64,000 nt of DNA from a virus (lineage: Duplodnaviria; Caudoviricetes). The stretch is from the IMG/VR virus record IMGVR_UViG_3300021170_000017, positions 1,545-65,544 of that record. The stretch is one strand, 5' to 3'. Below are positions 33,400 through 44,230 of this stretch, piece after piece. The position numbers were made by a program, and so were the translations under genes. The notes below the pieces were generated by a model, which searched no databases, had not been told where the DNA came from, and saw only the letters and a program-made list of their open reading frames with translations. Numbering within the stretch: the first letter of the stretch is position 1; each line of letters opens with the position of its first letter.

Positions 33400-36300
33400 T
33401 CAAGCAAATGCCTCCAATGATTGCACCACGCGCGGTCGCGGCTGTTCGGGCAGTGAACGCCACAGTTCAGCGAAGGCCGGCATCCCGGCGTCGCGCAGGG
33501 CAGCCGCTGCGTCATCACGGCTCCTCCCCTCTATCAGCGACGAAATCTTATCCGCGGCCTCACGGGCCTTGATCTTGTCCTGCCGGATGTCCCGCTCGGT
33601 ACCGCGCTCCTTCAATTTGGAGTCACGGATCTCCTGCCGCAAGGCTTCGACTTCCTCTTTGTCGCCCTTCTCGGTGGCCTTTTTAAGGCGCATCTGCAGA
33701 CCCCGGATGTAGGACTTCTCCGTCTCCCGCATCTGGTAGCGATCCATCTGCTCAGGGGAGGTGACCCGGGCTGGCGCCGGGCCAAACCCGATGTACGGCA
33801 TGGTCGAGAGCACCTTGCCGCGCGCGTCCATCTCGCCCGCGCCTACGAACTGCTTCGTCCCCTGAATCGAGAACGGCACGACCTGGCGCGCCCCGTAGGC
33901 GAGGCTCTGCCAAGTCTGTTTCTCCCATGAGTCGTCTGGGAACCGGATGGCGTTGCCGAAGAAATCCTCATTGGCATAGATCGAATGCAGGATCCCGAAG
34001 AGCGGGTTCGCCTTGTTGATCAGCGTGGTCACCGGCTGGGTGCCGTACTCGTACAGGTCCTTGGTGTAGGAGGGCATCGAGATGCGTTCTTTGGTCCCGT
34101 ACTTCGTCATGCGCCCGGTCCACGGGAAAAAGTAATCCTTGAGCTCCTGCGGCCCTTTGCCCGTGAGCAACTGCTGAATGATGGCCCCAACAATCATGGT
34201 CGTACCGATGAGCGCCAGCGTGTACGGGATCTTGTGCCCGACCTTCTCCGCGACGCGCTGCAGTTTGGACTTCTGCGCCTCATAGTCGAGCCGCGCTTGG
34301 GATGTCTTCGAGAGCGGCGCCGCGGGCAGTTCCGCCGGCGCCCCGCGCGCCATGTAGTCCAAGAGCTTGACCACGTCGATGGGCGCGCCCCCGAGTTCGC
34401 GGATGGTGCCTAAGTTCCACCCCACCGCCCGGACCATCATGTGGTTGACGTCCTTGAACGTGCGGTTCCAGAAGACGTTGTCGTACACCATCTCGCCTAA
34501 GCGGTTGTCGACCGAGTTCCAGATGCGCTGCATGGCACCGGCGAAGGCGACCGGGTCCTCGAGCGGATTCCTGCGGATATGATCAGCCGCCAGGTCCGAG
34601 AAGACGCCCAGTTTCTGGAGCGGCACGATGTGCTCCATGATGATGCTGGTCGACGCCCGGGTCATGCGGCCGGCGATCTCGAGGCCGGACATGATGGGCA
34701 GCACTTTGAGCGGCTCCAACTGCCAGATTTGCTCGAGGTCACGCCATAGCCGCATCGCGTACTGCTGCGGGAAGGAGGTCAGGACCTTGGTGAGCGACTC
34801 GACCTCGCCGCGCGGTTTGGTGAGCGCCGCCTTGACGTCACTCGCCAGCGTCGCGAATCCCACGCCCTTGAACGGCGAGAGCCCTTGCGCGGCCTGGAAG
34901 TAGTTGTCCATCTTGACCCGGCCGCCGGCGGCGGACAGGCCCTCGACGATGCGGCGCATCTCGGGGCTCGCGGTTTTGGGATCCACGTAGGCCCGCATCA
35001 GGCGCTGGCCACGGATCAGGTTCATGGCCGCCCCGCCGATGCCGGTCGATGCCTCCAAGAACGCGGCCACGGCGCGCAGCGGCTCGCCGTGCGCCAGCCG
35101 CTCGATGGCGAGGGCATTTTTCGATATAACGGCATCCAGCGTGGTGAACCCTAAGTGAAACGCCGAGAACCCCAACTGCAGCGCATTGGCAGCGTTCGAC
35201 ATCGCGCGAAAGATCTGCGCCGGCAGGAAATTGCGCAGCGCCGAGCTCGACAGATGATTGTTGATCACCCGCGCGGCGTCGACCGGCATGATGTACTTGC
35301 CGCGCTCGATGAACCCCTGCTCGGTCTCGCTCCACTGCCGGACGCGCCCGACCGCGTCATTGATTTCAGCCCAGTCATCCGGACGAAGCTTGCCGCTCGG
35401 GAGGAACTTGGCCAGCCCCTCGTCCTTGAAGCGCTGCATGAGTTTTACGCCGGCGTAGAAGCGCTGCATCTCGCGCAATTTCGCAAAGGCCAGAACCAGC
35501 GGGTTGGTGCTGATCGGCGTCAAGCCTGCCTCGAGGCCCTCTTTGGTCGTCGGGATAGTCCGCTCTTTCAGGAACGATGCCGGGCCCTTGAGCGGTCGGC
35601 GGCCGAAGATCTGGCCGAATATCTTTTTGGCCTGCGCGTCGTTTTGCCAGATGTGAGGAAAGTAGTTCTCGATGAAATTGTCGAGCGCGCCTACGCCCAG
35701 GCCGCGGATGTTCTCCCGCCAGCCGTCGAGTAGCTTGCGGATGGTGTCCGCGGCCGGTTGCAGATCGGGGCGCGTCGGCCGCCCGCCCTCCATCGCGTCG
35801 ATGAAGTCGTACCGGTCCTGCGTCCCCAGCAAGTCGAATTGCTTGGAGTAGCGCTCGAGGTCCTGCAGCGCCGCCTCCGAAGCCTGCGCGAGCTCGCCCA
35901 GCGCTTCCCTGGTCACTAGGGCCGTCGCCCGGGCCGGCTCCGACACGCCGGCAGGATCGGCGATGCGGCGTAGCGATAGCGTGAACTCGTTGTTCGGGAT
36001 GGCGGCGACGGCGCGTCGCACCAGAGCGTAGGCGCCTTTCTTGGGTGAAGGCGGCTCGGTCCCCGCGCTGCCCTTGCGGCGTTTCAGGAACATCGGCTGA
36101 CCCGCCATGACACTATCCCGCATAGCGGGTGTGATGCGCACCATGTGGGCCGGTACCGGCGGTGAGAGCGACTGCGCAGCATCCAACGCGGCGACATGAT
36201 TGGCCAGGAAGTGACGCTGCTCGTTGGTCCCTGACTGCATGATCCGCTGGTATTGTTCCTCAGCGCCTTCGTGCGGCAGGTTTTGCGAGTCCTGCCAGCG

Positions 36301-39300
36301 GCGAAGCCCCTCGCTGAGCTTAGTCAATTGAGACTCTCGGCCAGAATTCTCGACTGGCAGATTTCCAGCCTCGACCTTGCCGCCCCACTTCTTGACCAGT
36401 TTGCCAACGGTCGCCGGCAGGATCTTGTCGTAGAAGGACTTCATGCCTTCGCCGCCGACCTTGAGGTCGAGGCCCTCGTACTTGACTGCTGGCAGGCCCG
36501 GCGGCTGATTGGCGATCTTGACTGCCATCTCCTTGCCGATCAGGCGCTCGAGCGCAGATTCCTGGACCTCACCGTTGTGGATCGTGCCGCCGGCCTTGTT
36601 GACGATGTGCACCGTGTAGGTATTGGACTTCTCGCCGCCGTGTACATGCTTGATCGCGCCGATCTTGCTGACGTGGTTCTGCAGGTTATAGCGCTCGGCA
36701 TTGGTCTCCCCGGTGTCCCACGACACCGCGTCATAGCCACGCTCGGCCGCGTAGCGCAGCATCCGCTTCATGGCGAGCTCGGGCCAGGTCGTCTTAAATG
36801 GCGCGTTGGGGACAGGCGCCCCGGTCGATCGCGACTCATTGCGGATATCCATATTCACCCGCGCCAGGGCTTCGCGTAGTTCCGGGGTGGTCCGCAAAAA
36901 GGCTCGGTGAGTACCTACCGCGTCCATGGCGTCCTGAGCCGTCGGGAAGATCACCTCCTGGTTGAAACTGCGGCGGTGGCTGCCCTCGTCCATGACCATC
37001 CAGCCCGGCTCGCTGATCCCGCGCAGCACCGTGACCTCGCCCTGAGCCGTCTGCGCCTTGTAGAGCACGCCCTCGTGGCCTTCCTGGTGGCTCTGCAGAT
37101 CCTCGCCCTCCTCCCACTCGAGCGGCGCGCGGGTTTCTTCAATCTGCCGCTCAATGTCCGCCTTCTTGTCCTGGAGCGCCTTGAGCGCGGTGTCCTCCCC
37201 GACATAGCCCTTGCGGCGTCCCTCCTGATGCCAGTCCGACTGCACCTCGTGGACGTGCAGGACGCGCTCGCCGTTCGGGCCCACCCGGTCATCGAAGCGC
37301 ACGTGCGCCAGCACGTTCTTCTGATCCCAGTGGGGGCTGTCATATGCTTGGGCCCGCAGCTTTTGCTGTTCGGCGTAGTAGGCATCGTGGCGCGCGCGGA
37401 GCTCCGCATAGCGCTGCTTCATGGCCGGCGAGAGCGCCTGCTTGGCGAGCAGTTTTTCGTACAGGATGGTGAGCTCACCATTCTCCGGACCAGTCAGGAA
37501 AGGCGTTTTGGCCTCGCGATCGAGCTTCATCAGGAGCTCGCGGTAATTCTCCCCGCCTGGCGTCTTCCACTGACTGTACTGCGTCATCCCGGTTACTTCG
37601 CCCGGCTCGTTCGTTTCATAGAACGGCGCCATGAGTTTCTCAGGTACGCCGTGCGACTCGAACTCGCCGATCGTCTCCTCATCACCGCCCATGGCGCGGG
37701 AGATCGCCTGGTTCAAGTCTTCCATGGCCGACGGGTCCAAGGCATCGACCTCGCCGTGTTCGAGGAACCACTGGCGCAGCGCATGCTCATCGGCGCCCTT
37801 ACCGCCCATGCCGAAGAGTTCCTCACCCAATTGCACGCGATGCGCATTGACGTACTCGGCCACCTCGTCCTTGGTGACCCGGCCACGGCCCTCGAGCCAG
37901 TCCTTGAGGCCGGTCCACTGGATCTCCTCCGCCTTGACGCCCGGCATGTTGCGTAAGGTCGCCTCCCACTCGGCGCCGGTGCCCTTGTCGCGCTTGGCGG
38001 CGTCGACCGCTTTCGCCAGGCCCGAGTAGAAGGTATCCTCAGGACCCGCGAACGCTGGGACAGCATCGGGACCGCCGTCTTTCGTCTGGGTTGCGGTACC
38101 CCGGCGTAGGAATGACTCGAGATCCCCCAGCGTTCGCTTCACGAAGAGGTCGTCGAACTTCTTCGGCAGCCCCATGACACTCCGTATCCAATCCCGCAGC
38201 ATTCCCATCAGACGGTCGAGCCATCGCTTGGCTTGGGCCGGTACCGACTGATCCGCCGCATAGCGCTGGCCGTAGTAGGCGAGCACCTCCTCCGCCGCGC
38301 GATTGCGATGGTGGGCATTGAGAGGATTGAACGTCCCCGGGAACTCCGACTGGCCACGGGCGCGGAACTCCGCCGGCATGGCCTTTCTGATCCCGTCCAA
38401 GATCGCCTGATATCGGGCATCACGGGTATCACCAAAGGCCGCGCGCAAGCCGTAGTGCGTGATGTACTCGTGGGCGATCGAGGAGATCACATCTTCCGGG
38501 CCCTCGAACTGGTCGCCCACCAGGTAGATCTTGTTCGTCTCCGGGTGCATGAACGCGATGACATCACCCGGGTCCTTGTCGGCAAGGTCGCTGGCCAGTG
38601 CCGGGTCGCGTTTGAGCTCGGCCAGGTTCTTGGCGATGACAACGTCCGGCTTAACCCCGAAGCCGCCGATGAACTTATCGACCGTCTGCCGGATCTCGGG
38701 CGTAGACATTGACGGCTCAATTTCCCCGCCTTCACCGCGGCGGTAGAGCACCGACTTCTCGCCGTCCTGCTTGGTCTGGAAGGTATCGACCAGGCGCTGG
38801 ATGGCCGCATTGATGGCCGGTCGATCCTCAAGCGGATAGGGATTGCCCTTGTAGCCGGTCGCATAGCGCTCGCCCTCGGCGCCCTGGACCAGGTAGTCGC
38901 TCTGGTTGCCCTCAGCCTTGATCTTGTCTTGGACATAGCCCTCGAAGGCGCGCGCGAACATCTCCGTCGGCCGGCGCCAATACTCGCCCAGCGCTTGGGC
39001 ATTCCGGATGTAATGCGTCGGTCGCTCGCCGAAGGTACCTTCCGGATTCGCCCGCGCGCCCTCGATGCGCTTGCGCACGTCGGGGATCTGCACATCGTTG
39101 AGGAACGACCGCTGATTGTTGAGGGCCGGGTCGCCAGGGCTCGTCTTCAACATCTCGTCGATACGGTCGATGCGCGCCCGCATGTTCTCGAGCGACAGTT
39201 CGCCATCGCGGATGAACTCCGCGGCGCCTACCTTGCGCTTGAACAGCGCCTCCATGACCCCGTTCCAGGCTTCCTGCATCTCGGGGCGCAGATGGGCGAG

Positions 39301-42300
39301 CGAGCGCCGATCGGCATACCAGCCAGACGCACCGCGAGCGCCCGTCGTGTAAGCATCCGAACGGCCGAACTCGCCCATGTAGTGATCGAGCGCATGGGCC
39401 CATTCGTGTGCAAGCGCGCCGGCGCCGTTGATCTTGGTCATGTTGATGACCAACTTGCCGGGCTCATAGTGCGCCGCGAACCGGCCGCCGCCTCGAGCTC
39501 CGAGCGCGAGGCCCATGGTGCCGTTCAAGCTCAGCGCCTTCGGGGGCAGGTTCATGATGCGTGCCAGGTCCTGCAGGCCCTCATAGGCATAGTTGAGCAG
39601 CCGCTGCCGCTCATCGTTCGCCGCCCAGTTACCGAACTCAAGGCCACGGAAGCCTAAGTCCTTGACGAAGTCGGTGCTGGTCACATCCCCGGTGCGCACG
39701 GGCGGCCCGATGCGGTTGATCTCGTCCAGGTGCGGCCGCTTGGGCTCCGGCGGACCTTTGTCCTTGACGACCGCGCCCGGTTCGGCGGCCTCCTTGACCT
39801 TCTTCGCGGGCCAGCCGGCGGCGAGCAGCTGGTCCGCCTTGCGCTGATCGCTGTAGGCAATGTGCAGCGTCGAACGGCGGCCTTTCTGAATGGACCAGAA
39901 CTTATCCCGCGCTTCTTTCTCCTCCGGCGTCGACGCAATCGAGTAGCCGCGGGGCATCTTGAGTTCGGTCGCCAGCGCATTGCCGATCTTGCCGATGTCC
40001 TCCGGAGTGTCGGCCGCGAGCATCATGTCGCGCACCCGCCCCATGATCTCGACGTAATGCCGGCGCCCTTCCGGGGTATTCATGCGCGGCTTGGCGGCCA
40101 ACTGGTCGAACAGCACCTTGGCCATGGCGAGGGTCTTCGGGCTATGACCGTCGTCGATCAATTGCTGCCAGTTGGGGTTCCAGACGGCCTTCTTGTTGAC
40201 CAGCGTTGCGGCCTCGCCTTCCGACATGCTGGAGAGGTCCGCGAGGCGCATGCCGCGCTCCGCCCATTTGTCCTTGCGCGCGCCACCGATCTTCTCGCCG
40301 GCGTCCTCGAGCGCCCCGGTCGGCTTGATACCCAACTGCTGTTCAACGGCGGCCAATCGCTCGGTGACCGTCTTCGGCACATCGGTGAGATCCGTCTGCT
40401 GACGCGCCTGGCTGAAGAGGTCCCCGGGCTTGCCGGTCTCGACCGACTCTTGTCCCGTGTTGCGCTTCTTGTCGAGCGCCGCCTCGAGCTTCTTGATCTC
40501 GTTCTTGACGTGATCGACCGCACCGAAGAGGTCCTGCTGCACACCCGGCGGCTTGCCACCGCGCTGGAACGGGATCCGGTCGAGCTCCTCCTCCGACTCG
40601 GCCTCGGTAGCCAACCCGGCGCGTTCAATCTCCCGCTCGAGGCGGTCCTGCTCCTGGCGCAGTTGCTCGAGGCGCGCCACGGCCTGGTCGACCGATAGCT
40701 TGGCGAGCTCGGCATCGCTCAACGGCGTGCGCCAGTCTTTGGCCGCCTCCGGCAGGCGTGAGTCGTTGTGGCTGGAGAAGTGCTGCTTGCCGCGCAGTTC
40801 GTCGTCGATGCGGTCTAAGAGGACATTCGGCGAGTAATGACCGTGCTCATCGGTGACCGGATAACCTGCCTCCGCCAGCGCTTCCGCTGCGTGGTCGAAA
40901 GACATGCCGCCTGCACGGAAAGCTCTCTTGATTCCAACATGAGCAGCTGCAAGCCGCATATCCGCGGGGTCGACACCCTGGGATCCAGCTTCTTCGCTAT
41001 CCAGGCCACGCGGATGGCGAGCCAGGAATTGGAGAATGCTGTCGTGGTGAGGATCTGGGCCAGGAGATCGTTTAACCGTGACGCGCGGTACCGACTCGGG
41101 GTCGATGGGCTTGGTGAGGTCGCCCTCTTTGAGCCAGCGCTTGAGCTGGGACGGGGACAGTTCCGTAATGCCCCCCAACCCTTTCCAGTCTTTCGGGTAG
41201 TGGGATAGATACTGAGCCCGAGCCTCCGCCTCATTACGTACGCCAACTTGGACCTTGTGCTCATCGAACTCACCCTTCGGGTTCAACTGGTCGATCACAT
41301 AGGCTTTGTCCGCGTCCGCGTGCGGGCCCATCATGATGTCGATGCCGTCTTCGTCGGCACCTTTGGTCCCCGGAATATACCCGTAGTCGGCGCGCATCAG
41401 GCGCTTGCCCGGCTTGCCGGTCCGCGCATCGACGAACCGCCGGTACTGGCCCTTCGTGTTCTCAATCTTGATCGGCAGCCCGTGCCACTCGACCGACGGC
41501 TTGAAGTAATTGCCGGCGGCCGCCTGCGGGCCGGTGGGGACGTCCGGCTTGCGCTTTACTTCTTGGCCGAGGACTTCGGCGGCAGGCGCACCCCCACCAG
41601 CCGGAAGCCCTGCTTCACGAGCCCGGATGCTCGCGTTCGGAGGCTGTTCTCCGCGGGCAGCACGGACGCCTTCGGCTTGCCGTCCTTGCTTGGCGGCGTT
41701 GAGGTTGCCTTCGGCTTCTTCGAGTGTGGTGCCTGTGCCATGGGAGAGTCCTACCCCTTTGAGTTCAATGGTGCGGCCGTCCGGATGCGCAAACGTGAGT
41801 GTTGCACCATCGAGACGCGCCTTCGCTCGAGCCATGGCCGCCTCTGCGGCCGCATGATCGTCGCCTTGGACGACGAATTCGTCCCCCGAAATATGATAGG
41901 CATTGCCGCCTGACTCCTCGTGCAGCGCCTGCGCCACGGTCTTGAGCAACTGGTCGCCGCCCTCGTGGCTCGCGTTGTCGTTGATCCACTTGAGTGAGTC
42001 CACGTCGACCGACACCTGCGACGGCTTCTTGGCCGAGTCCTCATAGGCCCGGCGGTTGGGGATCCCGGTCAGCTCGTGCGTGAGGAGCGCGGCCTTCATC
42101 TGCTCCGGCGTCATCTGGTCGACGCGCTGGCGCAGGCCCGTGGCGGAGCGGCGTTCGACCTGGGCAACAGGCTGCGTGCGCTCGAGCTCGGTCTCAGGCG
42201 CCCGCTCGCCCGTTTCAGTAATGTCCTTAAAAGTTGCAGGTTTACCCTGTTTCGTTTCACCTGAGGGAGCTTTTGTTGCACTGGGAGGCGTTTCCGTCTC

Positions 42301-44229
42301 ACTTGCGGCGGGTTTCGTACCCACGACCTTGCGCGCCTGCGCCATCGCCTGGCGTGCCGCTTCGACGGTATCGAACTGGGCAACCGGCTGGCCTTTCACA
42401 TGGACCGACCAGCCTTCTTCCTCGGGCTCGAGGGTTACATCCGACCGCTTCTCGGCCGCGGCCGCCGCGGTATTGAGTGCGTCGACCTTGGCTTGATACG
42501 TGGCCCGAGCACCCGCGGCGCCGGTTGGCGCCTCGGCACCGGCGGCAGCGGCGCCTCCGCCGGCAGGACCAGTTCCTCCAGGTCCAGGCGCAGCCCCCGG
42601 CGCGGCGGCTCCCGGGCCTCCTCCAATTCGGGGAGTGCCGCGAGGAGCGCCGCCAGCGCCAGGAGATGTCGGTTCATAGCGATGCGTGTCCTCGTTCCAT
42701 TCGTAGCCGGGATAGGTTTGCCCTGGCTTCATCTGCGGGCCGCCCATGGCATCCGATGCCGCCTTGACGCGGTTCAGGAGCTCATCGGCGTCCAGGTCCC
42801 GCCGCGCCTGCGCTGCTCGAGCGCGCTCCGGCGCCCCCATGGCGTCATGCGCGATCGCGATCGGCGCGGCCGTTATTGCGGACGTGACGCCCGTGTAGGC
42901 AATGTCTTTGAGCGCATCCGAGAGCGTCGTCTGCTCGTGGACGATGCCGGTATCGACCGCCTTCTGAATCGACGCCTGCAACATGCCACCGGCGCCGTTC
43001 GCGACCATGGTGCCCGCAATCCGCCCACCGGCAGTCTGGCCCACCGCGGCGCCCACGATGCGGTCGAGCACCGCCTTGCCGGCCGGCGAGCGGGAAAGGA
43101 CCGCCGAGACGGGGATGGCGCCCGCCGCATCGCCCACCGCATAGAGGAAGCCGGCGGTGTTGGCGATCTTGTCCGAGCTCGCCGCCAGGTCAGCCGCTTG
43201 CTGCCGGAGATCATTCGTGACCGGGTTCAAGCCGCGCTTGCCGCCGATCGGCGCGGCGTCATCTAACTGGTCCGCCTTCTCGAGGATGCGACTCACCTGG
43301 TCATCGATCTTGTTCTTGGCGTCCTCGCGTTGCGCCGGCGCAAAGAGTGCCGTCGCCGTCGCAGCACCGGCGCCCATGCCGACACCCGGACCGCCGACGG
43401 CAGTCCCGGCGACCGTTGCGCCCGTCACGGCCGCGAGATCGGGGATGGCGAGCGCGGCGTTGAAGGCGATGCCCTTGGCGCTCCACGGGTCGAGCTTGCC
43501 GTTCTTGAGGTCTGAGGGCTGCCAGACGCGCTCATCGGCCCAGGCTTGGTTGCGAGTCCCGCGGCCGGCGGTCACATTGTCGCGGCCCGCCTCGAGCGTC
43601 GCCTGCGCGCGCGCCGCGTTGTCCGCCTGCTGCTCCGGAGACAATCCCGATATCGCACTCCAGTCACCGGCGAACTCCTGCGGTGAGATCCCCAAGGACC
43701 GCGCCGTCTTCTGCACCAGCGGATCCTTGGCGAGCTGATCGGAGGGGACGATGCCCTTGTCCGCGCCCATCCGGGCCGCGACCTGGGGCAGGACATTGAG
43801 GGCCGCCGCCTGCCGCTCGGCGCTCTGCACCTGCGCCGCACCCGTCGTCTCCTGATACCCGGCCTTGAGCTTGCCGAACTCAGCACCGACCAGGTGCGGA
43901 TAGGCCGTGGCCAGCGTCGAGACGTCAGGCCCCGACGTGAACCGGTCCGCCTCCTCGCCCACCGATTGGCGCAAGGACGGCAGGATGCCGGTCACATAGC
44001 GCTGGTCGGTATCCGAGGGGCTCGCGGGTTCGTGGCCGAACAGCAGTTCCTTGCTGCGCTGGAGGAGGCCGATGGAGTTATCGACCGGATGTGCAGCCGG
44101 ATCCTGATGCGGCCGGACGAGCGCCGGGACCGATGCGGTATCGGGTCCGACCGGCTTCCACGGGTCTTGCGCGGGGGTCGCGGCCGGCGCTTGAGTATCG
44201 GCACCCTGAGCAATCCAGCCGGCGCCCAC
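33400..44229 (-). CDS. Giant polyvalent (putatively ejected) protein with GGDEF, inorganic PPase-like, LPD5-like, LPD1-like and zincin MPTase domains
   Basis: 3609 aa after the ejection genes. LTGIPNRR..DVDSLKWIND..GDQLL..ISGDEF (~41680-42090). IENTKG..DYGYIPGT..DEHKV (~41105-41490). DAGEKIGGARKD (~40300). EFGNW..LAHEWAHALD..EMFARAFE..PYP (~38780-39650). AHEYITHYGL..AEEVLA (~38250-38480). PGGENYREL..HEVQSDWHQ (~36400-38030). Confidence 0.9.
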   Translation of the reverse strand: MGAGWIAQGADTQAPAATPAQDPWKPVGPDTASVPALVRPHQDPAAHPVDNSIGLLQRSKELLFGHEPASPSDTDQRYVTGILPSLRQSVGEEADRFTSGPDVSTLATAYPHLVGAEFGKLKAGYQETTGAAQVQSAERQAAALNVLPQVAARMGADKGIVPSDQLAKDPLVQKTARSLGISPQEFAGDWSAISGLSPEQQADNAARAQATLEAGRDNVTAGRGTRNQAWADERVWQPSDLKNGKLDPWSAKGIAFNAALAIPDLAAVTGATVAGTAVGGPGVGMGAGAATATALFAPAQREDAKNKIDDQVSRILEKADQLDDAAPIGGKRGLNPVTNDLRQQAADLAASSDKIANTAGFLYAVGDAAGAIPVSAVLSRSPAGKAVLDRIVGAAVGQTAGGRIAGTMVANGAGGMLQASIQKAVDTGIVHEQTTLSDALKDIAYTGVTSAITAAPIAIAHDAMGAPERARAAQARRDLDADELLNRVKAASDAMGGPQMKPGQTYPGYEWNEDTHRYEPTSPGAGGAPRGTPRIGGGPGAAAPGAAPGPGGTGPAGGGAAAAGAEAPTGAAGARATYQAKVDALNTAAAAAEKRSDVTLEPEEEGWSVHVKGQPVAQFDTVEAARQAMAQARKVVGTKPAASETETPPSATKAPSGETKQGKPATFKDITETGERAPETELERTQPVAQVERRSATGLRQRVDQMTPEQMKAALLTHELTGIPNRRAYEDSAKKPSQVSVDVDSLKWINDNASHEGGDQLLKTVAQALHEESGGNAYHISGDEFVVQGDDHAAAEAAMARAKARLDGATLTFAHPDGRTIELKGVGLSHGTGTTLEEAEGNLNAAKQGRQAEGVRAARGEQPPNASIRAREAGLPAGGGAPAAEVLGQEVKRKPDVPTGPQAAAGNYFKPSVEWHGLPIKIENTKGQYRRFVDARTGKPGKRLMRADYGYIPGTKGADEDGIDIMMGPHADADKAYVIDQLNPKGEFDEHKVQVGVRNEAEARAQYLSHYPKDWKGLGGITELSPSQLKRWLKEGDLTKPIDPESVPRVTVKRSPGPDPHHDSILQFLARHPRGLDSEEAGSQGVDPADMRLAAAHVGIKRAFRAGGMSFDHAAEALAEAGYPVTDEHGHYSPNVLLDRIDDELRGKQHFSSHNDSRLPEAAKDWRTPLSDAELAKLSVDQAVARLEQLRQEQDRLEREIERAGLATEAESEEELDRIPFQRGGKPPGVQQDLFGAVDHVKNEIKKLEAALDKKRNTGQESVETGKPGDLFSQARQQTDLTDVPKTVTERLAAVEQQLGIKPTGALEDAGEKIGGARKDKWAERGMRLADLSSMSEGEAATLVNKKAVWNPNWQQLIDDGHSPKTLAMAKVLFDQLAAKPRMNTPEGRRHYVEIMGRVRDMMLAADTPEDIGKIGNALATELKMPRGYSIASTPEEKEARDKFWSIQKGRRSTLHIAYSDQRKADQLLAAGWPAKKVKEAAEPGAVVKDKGPPEPKRPHLDEINRIGPPVRTGDVTSTDFVKDLGFRGLEFGNWAANDERQRLLNYAYEGLQDLARIMNLPPKALSLNGTMGLALGARGGGRFAAHYEPGKLVINMTKINGAGALAHEWAHALDHYMGEFGRSDAYTTGARGASGWYADRRSLAHLRPEMQEAWNGVMEALFKRKVGAAEFIRDGELSLENMRARIDRIDEMLKTSPGDPALNNQRSFLNDVQIPDVRKRIEGARANPEGTFGERPTHYIRNAQALGEYWRRPTEMFARAFEGYVQDKIKAEGNQSDYLVQGAEGERYATGYKGNPYPLEDRPAINAAIQRLVDTFQTKQDGEKSVLYRRGEGGEIEPSMSTPEIRQTVDKFIGGFGVKPDVVIAKNLAELKRDPALASDLADKDPGDVIAFMHPETNKIYLVGDQFEGPEDVISSIAHEYITHYGLRAAFGDTRDARYQAILDGIRKAMPAEFRARGQSEFPGTFNPLNAHHRNRAAEEVLAYYGQRYAADQSVPAQAKRWLDRLMGMLRDWIRSVMGLPKKFDDLFVKRTLGDLESFLRRGTATQTKDGGPDAVPAFAGPEDTFYSGLAKAVDAAKRDKGTGAEWEATLRNMPGVKAEEIQWTGLKDWLEGRGRVTKDEVAEYVNAHRVQLGEELFGMGGKGADEHALRQWFLEHGEVDALDPSAMEDLNQAISRAMGGDEETIGEFESHGVPEKLMAPFYETNEPGEVTGMTQYSQWKTPGGENYRELLMKLDREAKTPFLTGPENGELTILYEKLLAKQALSPAMKQRYAELRARHDAYYAEQQKLRAQAYDSPHWDQKNVLAHVRFDDRVGPNGERVLHVHEVQSDWHQEGRRKGYVGEDTALKALQDKKADIERQIEETRAPLEWEEGEDLQSHQEGHEGVLYKAQTAQGEVTVLRGISEPGWMVMDEGSHRRSFNQEVIFPTAQDAMDAVGTHRAFLRTTPELREALARVNMDIRNESRSTGAPVPNAPFKTTWPELAMKRMLRYAAERGYDAVSWDTGETNAERYNLQNHVSKIGAIKHVHGGEKSNTYTVHIVNKAGGTIHNGEVQESALERLIGKEMAVKIANQPPGLPAVKYEGLDLKVGGEGMKSFYDKILPATVGKLVKKWGGKVEAGNLPVENSGRESQLTKLSEGLRRWQDSQNLPHEGAEEQYQRIMQSGTNEQRHFLANHVAALDAAQSLSPPVPAHMVRITPAMRDSVMAGQPMFLKRRKGSAGTEPPSPKKGAYALVRRAVAAIPNNEFTLSLRRIADPAGVSEPARATALVTREALGELAQASEAALQDLERYSKQFDLLGTQDRYDFIDAMEGGRPTRPDLQPAADTIRKLLDGWRENIRGLGVGALDNFIENYFPHIWQNDAQAKKIFGQIFGRRPLKGPASFLKERTIPTTKEGLEAGLTPISTNPLVLAFAKLREMQRFYAGVKLMQRFKDEGLAKFLPSGKLRPDDWAEINDAVGRVRQWSETEQGFIERGKYIMPVDAARVINNHLSSSALRNFLPAQIFRAMSNAANALQLGFSAFHLGFTTLDAVISKNALAIERLAHGEPLRAVAAFLEASTGIGGAAMNLIRGQRLMRAYVDPKTASPEMRRIVEGLSAAGGRVKMDNYFQAAQGLSPFKGVGFATLASDVKAALTKPRGEVESLTKVLTSFPQQYAMRLWRDLEQIWQLEPLKVLPIMSGLEIAGRMTRASTSIIMEHIVPLQKLGVFSDLAADHIRRNPLEDPVAFAGAMQRIWNSVDNRLGEMVYDNVFWNRTFKDVNHMMVRAVGWNLGTIRELGGAPIDVVKLLDYMARGAPAELPAAPLSKTSQARLDYEAQKSKLQRVAEKVGHKIPYTLALIGTTMIVGAIIQQLLTGKGPQELKDYFFPWTGRMTKYGTKERISMPSYTKDLYEYGTQPVTTLINKANPLFGILHSIYANEDFFGNAIRFPDDSWEKQTWQSLAYGARQVVPFSIQGTKQFVGAGEMDARGKVLSTMPYIGFGPAPARVTSPEQMDRYQMRETEKSYIRGLQMRLKKATEKGDKEEVEALRQEIRDSKLKERGTERDIRQDKIKAREAADKISSLIEGRSRDDAAAALRDAGMPAFAELWRSLPEQPRPRVVQSLEAFA

Positions 44230-44230
44230 G

